Of a stretch of DNA of 64,000 bases, positions 57,403 to 64,000 are shown piece after piece. The DNA is from an uncultured delta proteobacterium (GTDB taxonomy: Bacteria > Myxococcota_A > Polyangia > Fen-1088). The translations under genes and the position numbers were made by a program. The notes beneath the pieces were generated by a model that was given only the letters and a program-made list of their open reading frames with translations, ran no database searches and was not told the DNA's origin. Position 1 is the stretch's first letter, and every line of letters begins with the position of its first letter. The DNA is taken from contig CAVTRY010000011.1 of NCBI GenBank assembly GCA_963737265.1, positions 704,001 through 768,000 of the forward strand, given 5' to 3'.

Positions 57403-60400
57403 ATGTCCATGCTCGTACTTCGTGGCGCCCCAGCTTTCACCCCGGCCCGCTTCGCCAAAATCCTCGTGAAGATCCAGGCGGCCAATCCCGCCGTGCGTGA
57501 GGTTGGCGCTGAATTCGTGCATTTCGCCGATCCGGCCGAGCCTCTCGGCGACAGCGAGTTGCACGTTCTCGATCGCCTGCTGCACTACGGTCCGCGAGCC
57601 GAATCGCGCGCGCTGAGCGGCCAGCGCCTGCTGGTGGTGCCGCGCATCGGCACGATCTCTCCTTGGTCGTCCAAGGCCACCGAAGTGGCGCACAACTGCG
57701 GCCTCGCCAAGGTCAACCGTATCGAACGCGGCATCTGGTTCGCGGTGACGGGCGATACGCCGAATGGCCCCGGCTTGCGGGCTGCCATCCACGACCGCAT
57801 GACCGAAACGGTTCTCGAACGAGTTGAGGATGCCGCTCGTTTGTTTCGACGGGCAGATCCCGAGCCGCTATCTACGGTGGATGTTCTCGGCCTTGGCCGC
57901 GCGGCGATTGAAGCCGCCAACACCGCCATGGGCTTGGCCCTGGCGTCGGACGAAATCGACTACCTGGTCGAGAACTTCCGCGCCCTCGGCAGGAATCCGA
58001 CGGACGTCGAGCTGATGATGTTCGCGCAGGCCAACAGCGAGCACTGCCGGCACAAGATTTTCAACGCCGACTTCATCGTCGATGGAAAGCCACAGGCCAA
58101 GTCCCTGTTCAAGATGATCCGCCGCAGCACCGAGGCCAGTCCGGCCGGCGTCCTGTCCGCCTACAGCGACAACTCCGCCGTGATCGAAGGGCCAACCGCC
58201 AGCTTGTTTTTCCCGGAACCAGCGACGGGCGTCTACGATTTCCATCGCGAGCCGGTGGGCATCTTGATGAAGGTCGAGACCCACAATCACCCCACCGCCA
58301 TCTCGCCGCACCCGGGCGCCTCGACGGGTTCGGGCGGCGAGATCCGCGACGAGGGCGCCACCGGCCGGGGGTCGAAGCCCAAGGCCGGCCTGACCGGGTT
58401 TTCGGTTTCCAACCTACGCCTCCCTGGCGCGATCCGGCCCTGGGAAAAGGACTTCGGCAAGCCCACGCGCATCGCCTCGGCCCTCGACATCATGCTGGAA
58501 GGCCCCATCGGCGGCGCGGCCTTCAACAACGAATTCGGCCGGCCCAACATCGCCGGCTACTTCCGCACCTTCGAAATGGAGGTTCCTGGAGCGAACGGCA
58601 ACGAAGTCCGCGGCTATCACAAGCCCATCATGATCGCCGGCGGCTTCGGCAACATTCGCTTGCCCCTGGTGAAGAAAGGCGAGGTAACCGTGGGCGCGGC
58701 CATCATCGTGCTCGGCGGCCCGGCCATGCTCATCGGCCTCGGCGGCGGCGCGGCCTCGTCGATGGCCTCGGGCGCGTCCGAGGAAGATCTCGGATTTCGC
58801 CTCGGTCCAGCGCGACAACGCCGAAATGCAACGGCGCGGACAGGAAGTCATCGACCGCTGCTCGGCCCTCGGCGAGGCCAGCCCCATCCTTTCGATCCAC
58901 GACGTCGGCGCGGGCGGGCTTTCCAACGCCTTGCCGGAGCTGGTCCACGACAGCCGCCGGGGCGCGCGCTTCGAGCTGCGCAAAATCCCCAACGACGAAC
59001 CGGGCATGTCCCCGCTCGCCATCTGGTGCAACGAAGCTCAAGAGCGCTACGTGCTGGCCGTCGCCGCCGACCGGGTCGACTATTTCTCACAACTGTGCCG
59101 GCGCGAGCGTTGCCCCTTCGCCGTCGTCGGCGTCGCCACCGCCGACGGCAATCTGGTGGTCACGGACTCGCATTTCGACAACCAGCCCATCGCCATGCCG
59201 CTGACGGTGCTGCTGGGAAAACCACCCAAGATGGTACGAGACGTGAAGCACGCGGCCGTCGCGCAAAGACCATTTTCCACTGCCGGAATCGATCTCCGCG
59301 AGGCCGTCACCCGCGTCCTGCGCCTACCCGCGGTCGCGGACAAGACCTTTCTCATCACTATCGGCGACCGCACTGTGACCGGGCTGATTTCGCGCGACCA
59401 GATGGTCGGCCCGTGGCAGGTGCCGGTGGCGGACGCCGCGGTTACCGCCACCAGCTACGACACCTTCACCGGCGAGGCCATGGCCATGGGCGAGCGCACG
59501 CCGGTCGCGCTGCTCGACGCCGCCGCCTCGGTGCGCCTGGCGGTGGCCGAGGCCTTGACCAACATCGCCAGTGCGCCGATTGGCGACCTTGGCCAGGTAA
59601 AGCTTTCGGCCAACTGGATGGCGCCCGCTGGTCATCCCGGCGAGGACGCGCGCCTCTACGACGCCGTCCGCACCGTGGGCGAAGAGCTTGCGCCCGCCTT
59701 GGGTATTGCCATTCCGGTCGGCAAGGACTCGATGTCCATGAGCACGGTGTGGCGCGAGAACGGAAAGGAAAAGCGCGTAACGGCGCCGCTCTCGCTCATC
59801 GTCAGCGCGTTCGCGCCCGCGACCGACATTCGCCGTGCGCTCACGCCCGAGCTACGCACCGATTCGGGGGAAACCGAGCTGCTGCTCGTCGATCTCGGCG
59901 CTGGCAAGCACCGCCTCGGCGGATCGGCGCTGGCGCAGGTCTTCGGCCAGCTCGGCGAGGTGCCGCCGGATCTCGACGATCCGGCGCGGCTGAAAGCGTT
60001 TTTCGCGGCGGTTCAGGAATTGGCGGCCGACGGAAGGATCTTGGCCTACCACGACCGCTCCGACGGCGGCTTGTTCGTTACCCTGGTCGAGATGGCGTTT
60101 ACCGGATGTAGCGGCCTCGCCATCGACCTGACACGACTGCCTGGCCATGAGGATCCCATAGAGCTGCTCTTTGCCGAGGAGCTTGGCGCGGTCCTTCAGG
60201 TGCGAGCAGCCGAAGCGGAGCAAGCACGCGCCTGTTTCACGCGCCACGGCCTCGGCCAATTCGTGCACGACTGCGGCCGGCTGTCGGCGAAAAACGAGGT
60301 CGCGATCCACAACCGCGGCCAGCTGCTCTTTGCCGAAAAGCGCACCGTTCTGCGCAGCATCTGGTCCGAAACCACCCTCGCCATGCAGACCCTGCGCGAC

Positions 60401-61297
60401 GATCCGGCGTGTGCCGCCGAGGAGCACGAGAGCCGCTGCGACGAAAGCGATCCCGGCCTGGCGATGCGGCCGAGCTTCGATGCCCAAGCCGACGTGGCCG
60501 CGCCCTTCATTGCACGCGGTGCTCGCCCGCGCGTGGCGATTCTGCGCGAACAGGGCGTGAACGGACAGGTGGAAATGGCCGCGGCCTTCCACCGCGCAGG
60601 CTTCGAGTCCGTCGACGTACACATGAGCGACATCCTGGCCGGCCGCATCGACCTGGCTGGATTCCGCGGCGTCGCAGCCTGCGGCGGATTTTCCTACGGC
60701 GATGTCTTGGGCGCCGGCGAAGGCTGGGCTAAGTCGATTTTGTACAGCCCACGCGCGCGGGTCGAATTCGAGCGCTTCTTCGCACGCACGGACACTTTCA
60801 CCTTGGGCGTGTGCAACGGCTGCCAGATGGTTTCCAACTTGAAGGAAATCATTCCCGGCGCCGACACATGGCCGCGGTTCGTGCGCAATCGCAGCGAGCA
60901 ATTCGAGGCCCGACTGGCGCTGGTCAGCATCGAGCAGAGCCCGTCGGTGTTGCTGGCCGGGATGGCCGGGTCGCTGCTGCCCATCGCGGTCGCCCACGGC
61001 GAAGGCCGCGCCGAATTCGAATCGGCCGCCAGCCAAGCCGACTTGGAGCGATCAGGGCTAGTCGCCGCTCGCTTCGTCGACCACCACGGCCATCCGACCG
61101 AACACTATCCCGAAAACCCCAATGGTTCGCCTCGCGGAGTGACCGCCATCACAACGCCCGACGGCCGCGCCACCATTATCATGCCCCACCCCGAGCGCGG
61201 GTTTCGCACTATGCAGCTTTCGTGGCACCCCGACCACAGCGGCGATGACTCGCCCTGGATGCGATTGTTTCGCAACGCACGGGCGTTCGTGGGCTAG
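57403..61297 (+). CDS. purL: phosphoribosylformylglycinamidine synthase (large single-chain PurL), +1 frameshift at about 58792
   Basis: [34 protein letters not shown]. After removing one G: [47 protein letters not shown]. Confidence 0.95.
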
Positions 61298-61306
61298 ATT
61301 AACGCC

Positions 61307-62818
61307 ATGACATACGACGCCCTTGCCGAACATCACCGGCGCCTTTCGCAGCTGCGCCACGTTGAGGCAATCGCCTCGTGGGACGAGTCCACCATGATGC
61401 CAGCCGGCGGCGGTCCGGCGCGCGCCGAAGCGCTCTCCGCCCTGCGCGGTTTGATTCACCAGCAGGCGACGCGCCCGGGGCTCGGCGATCTGTTTGCGGC
61501 GGTCGCAGCCGAGGAAGGAAACCTGTCGCCTTGGCAGCGAGCCAACCTGCGCGAGATGAAGAGGGACTGGGTGCGGGCGAATGCGCTTCCGCAAAGCTTG
61601 GTCGAGGCGATGTCGCATGCCGAGTCGCTGAGCGAGCAGGCGTGGCGAAAGCTGCGGCCGGACAACAACTTCGCTGGTTTCCTGCCGCTTTTTCGCGAGG
61701 TGGTCCGGCTCAAACGAGAGGCCGCGCAAGCCTGGGCCGAGAAACTTTCGCTGAGTCCCTACGACGCTCTCATCGACGGGTTCGAGCCCGGCTCCCGCGC
61801 CGATCTGATTGCGCCGCTATTTGTGCGGCTGCGCGCCTTTCTGCCCGGACTTATCGCGAAGGCCTTGGAGCGCCAGGCCAGCGAGCCGGTCGCGGGCTGC
61901 GAAGGTCCGTTCGCCGTCGAGAGCCAGCGCTGGTTGGGGCTTGAGCTCATGCGCCGTCTTGGTTTCGACTTCAACCGCGGACGCCTGGACACCAGTCACC
62001 ATCCCTTCTGCGGCGGCGTGCCGACCGATGTCCGCATCACCACGCGCTATTCAACCGGCGATTTCGGCAAGTCTATGATGAGCGTACTACACGAGTCAGG
62101 CCACGCGAAGTACGAGCAAAATCTGCCCCAGCAGTGGCTCAGTCAGCCCGTCGGTGTGGCGCGCGGCACGAGCATTCACGAAAGCCAAAGTCTGCTGACC
62201 GAAATGCAGGTCTGCCGCAGCCGCGCCTTCGTGGAATTTGCGGCGCCCTTCATCGCACAGGCGTTTCCCGATGCTGCCACGCGGGCACCCCAGGCGTTCA
62301 GTCCCGAGAATCTGTTTCGCCGTCTAGCCCGCGTGAAGCCGGGATTGATCCGCGTCGACGCGGACGAGGTGACCTACCCGTGCCACGTCGTCCTGCGCTT
62401 CGAATTGGAAAAGAGCCTTATCGACGGCTCGTTGCAACCGCAGGATGTACCCGAGGCCTGGGACGCGGGTATGCGCGAGATCCTAGGTTTGTCGACGCGC
62501 GGGAACGATCGCGATGGTTGCATGCAAGACGTTCACTGGCCGGCCGGACTGTTTGGCTATTTCCCGGCCTACACACTCGGCGCCCTGACCGCGGCCCAGC
62601 TATTCCGCGCCGCCCGCCGCGCCCTGCCCGACCTGGCAGAACGGATCCGCCGCGGCGATTTCAGCGCGCTCAACGCTTGGCTGCGCGAAAATGTCTGGAG
62701 CCAAGGGTCTTTTCATAGCTCCGCGGAGCTCATCGAACGCGCGACCGGAAGCGCACTCACGACCGAGGCGTTCGAACGGCACCTCGAATACCGCTACCTT
62801 GAGCGCGAATCGAGTTAG
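61307..62818 (+). CDS. carboxypeptidase, M32 (Taq) family
   Basis: HPFC, DVRITTRY, HESGH (HExxH), HESQS, IRVDADE, GCMQDVHW, GYFPAYTLG. Confidence 0.96.
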   Translation: MTYDALAEHHRRLSQLRHVEAIASWDESTMMPAGGGPARAEALSALRGLIHQQATRPGLGDLFAAVAAEEGNLSPWQRANLREMKRDWVRANALPQSLVEAMSHAESLSEQAWRKLRPDNNFAGFLPLFREVVRLKREAAQAWAEKLSLSPYDALIDGFEPGSRADLIAPLFVRLRAFLPGLIAKALERQASEPVAGCEGPFAVESQRWLGLELMRRLGFDFNRGRLDTSHHPFCGGVPTDVRITTRYSTGDFGKSMMSVLHESGHAKYEQNLPQQWLSQPVGVARGTSIHESQSLLTEMQVCRSRAFVEFAAPFIAQAFPDAATRAPQAFSPENLFRRLARVKPGLIRVDADEVTYPCHVVLRFELEKSLIDGSLQPQDVPEAWDAGMREILGLSTRGNDRDGCMQDVHWPAGLFGYFPAYTLGALTAAQLFRAARRALPDLAERIRRGDFSALNAWLRENVWSQGSFHSSAELIERATGSALTTEAFERHLEYRYLERESS

Positions 62819-62827
62819 GTTTTCCGC

Positions 62828-63385
62828 ATGTTGGCCACAATCATCTGCACCCTCCTCGTGGCGGGCGAACCCGCTGCAAAGTTGCCTCCCGCGGTCGGCA
62901 AAGAAATGACCGCCGCGCTGCTGGCGGTGAACAAAGTCCTCGGCCTCGAGAGTTGGGTCACCCAGGGAGGCGAGAAGCCCTGCGTGGATCGCGGTGGTCT
63001 GGAAGCGACCATTCGCGACGTCAGCGCCGAGGAAACCAGGCAGTGTGCCGCCACCGGCATCGCTGATGGCTTCCCCGGCCTCGGCAAGGACTACGTACTT
63101 GGCATCGCCATGGCGGATATCGGTCCGGTCACGGTCTTCGCCATCGGCAAAGGCGCCGCCGAAGGTTGGGGCGCCTATTCCTGCGACCCCACCCGCAAGT
63201 GCAATCCCACCAAGTTGACTGCCACCTCCAAACAGGCCAAGCGGCTCGCCGACCGCTACCGCCGCGCGTGCGCCGATGCGAAGACCGTTTGGTTTCCAGG
63301 GCGCGGGGAGATCTGCGCCGACATTCCCACCGCTACGACTCCGAGTTCGGCGCCGAATCCGAAACCCGCTCCGGCCCAACCCTGA
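62828..63385 (+). CDS. hypothetical secreted protein with six mature-region Cys
   Basis: Short hydrophobic N-terminus, six Cys after it and a Pro-rich tail. Confidence 0.65.
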   Translation: MLATIICTLLVAGEPAAKLPPAVGKEMTAALLAVNKVLGLESWVTQGGEKPCVDRGGLEATIRDVSAEETRQCAATGIADGFPGLGKDYVLGIAMADIGPVTVFAIGKGAAEGWGAYSCDPTRKCNPTKLTATSKQAKRLADRYRRACADAKTVWFPGRGEICADIPTATTPSSAPNPKPAPAQP

Positions 63386-63585
63386 TTCAGCATCCGCATC
63401 ACCGGTTTTCCGACCGGCGCGCCCGCGCGGCCCAAAGCGCCGGTTTCCACGCCGTAACATCGTGCAAGACCGGGCAAATTTGCAGTAGTCATCCTCGGCC
63501 CGCGCGACTATTGTCTGCGCCCGAACGGTTCGGAACGCGGGAGTGCCGGCGGGCCTTGCCCGACGGAGCTCGACGCGGGAGTTCC

Positions 63586-63609
63586 AAAGAACCCTCCGGG
63601 GGTTCTTTT
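63586..63609 (+). terminator. terminator-like hairpin in the pfk leader
   Basis: AAAGAACCC-TCCGG-GGGTTCTTTT, ending 7 nt before the GGAG RBS. Confidence 0.5.
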
Positions 63610-63629
63610 CAAAAACGGAGAAAGTACCC

Positions 63630-64000
63630 ATGGCCAAGCTAACTGGAAAAGCTCTTGTCGCGCAGGGCGGTGGCCCGACCGCGGTCATCAACCAAAGCGT
63701 CGTAGGCGTTGTCCTCGAAGCGCGCAGGTTCCCGCAGATCACACACGTTTACGGCGCCCGCCACGGCGTGAGCGGCGTGCTCAAGGAAGACTTCATCGAT
63801 CTATCCGAGGCCACCCAGCAGAACCTCGAAGACGTGGCCATCACGCCCGCTTCCGGTCTCGGCTCGACCCGCGACAAGCCCGACGTCGAGTACTGCGGCA
63901 AGATGTTCAAGGTCATGCAGGCGCACGACATCCGCTACTTCTTCTACGTCGGCGGCAACGATTCCTCGGACACCTGCCGCATCGTCAACGAGCAGGCCAA
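63630..64000 (+). CDS. 6-phosphofructokinase family protein, probably PPi-dependent (3' end truncated)
   Basis: Not in the ORF track. MAKLTGKALVAQGGGPTAVINQS..GARHGVSG..LGSTRDKP..FFYVGGNDSSDT. Asp in GGND(S) suggests PPi use. Confidence 0.92.
   Translation, partial: MAKLTGKALVAQGGGPTAVINQSVVGVVLEARRFPQITHVYGARHGVSGVLKEDFIDLSEATQQNLEDVAITPASGLGSTRDKPDVEYCGKMFKVMQAHDIRYFFYVGGNDSSDTCRIVNEQA

Noticed and set aside
58794-60111. C-terminal half of the 917-aa ORF 57358..60111
   Set aside because: Arg-rich out-of-frame read-through after the purL frameshift. The true frame is that of 58826..61297.
63460-63520. c-di-GMP-I riboswitch suggested by GGGCAAA
   Set aside because: The following GNRA-capped stem and GACGCAAAG-type motif are absent.

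Overview
High-GC bacterial chromosomal window. The gene families (DUF6178-like, GYF/AgmX-type protein, tandem PilZ, Cys-rich and D-rich lipoproteins, ECF plus zinc anti-sigma) suggest Myxococcota, probably Polyangia; this is an inference. Most of it is housekeeping: pqqC-D-E, der/era, rpsO-pnp, argB/argC/dut/purC/purB, tilS-ftsH-folP-glmM-pdxJ-nnr, a Pit transporter with DUF47, a GldA/F/G-like ABC with DUF4340, skp-fabZ, purL, an M32 carboxypeptidase and pfk (partial). Accessory points of interest: (1) 11.3-19.8 kb holds a three-gene peptide export cassette (HlyD, C39-peptidase ABC, second ABC) with no precursor or modifying enzyme in view. It lies downstream of a rearranged island with an atypical D->E LuxR regulator running into a headless papain-like enzyme fragment, plus a 16-Cys lipoprotein. 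(2) A GH48 cellulase and a CBM11-like binding protein, both with lipoprotein-type signals, are encoded together next to skp-fabZ, which lacks bamA/lpxD/lpxA. (3) A tandem PilZ gene precedes a fully degenerate pseudokinase-GYF-TM-AgmX-like protein. (4) Several intergenic 6/7/9-mer inverted micro-repeat arrays. (5) An oleate hydratase remnant and two single-base frameshifts (purL and a PPC-repeat lipoprotein) that may be sequencing errors. No rRNA, tRNA, CRISPR array or transposase was recognised. All family calls come from motif recognition by eye, not database searches.
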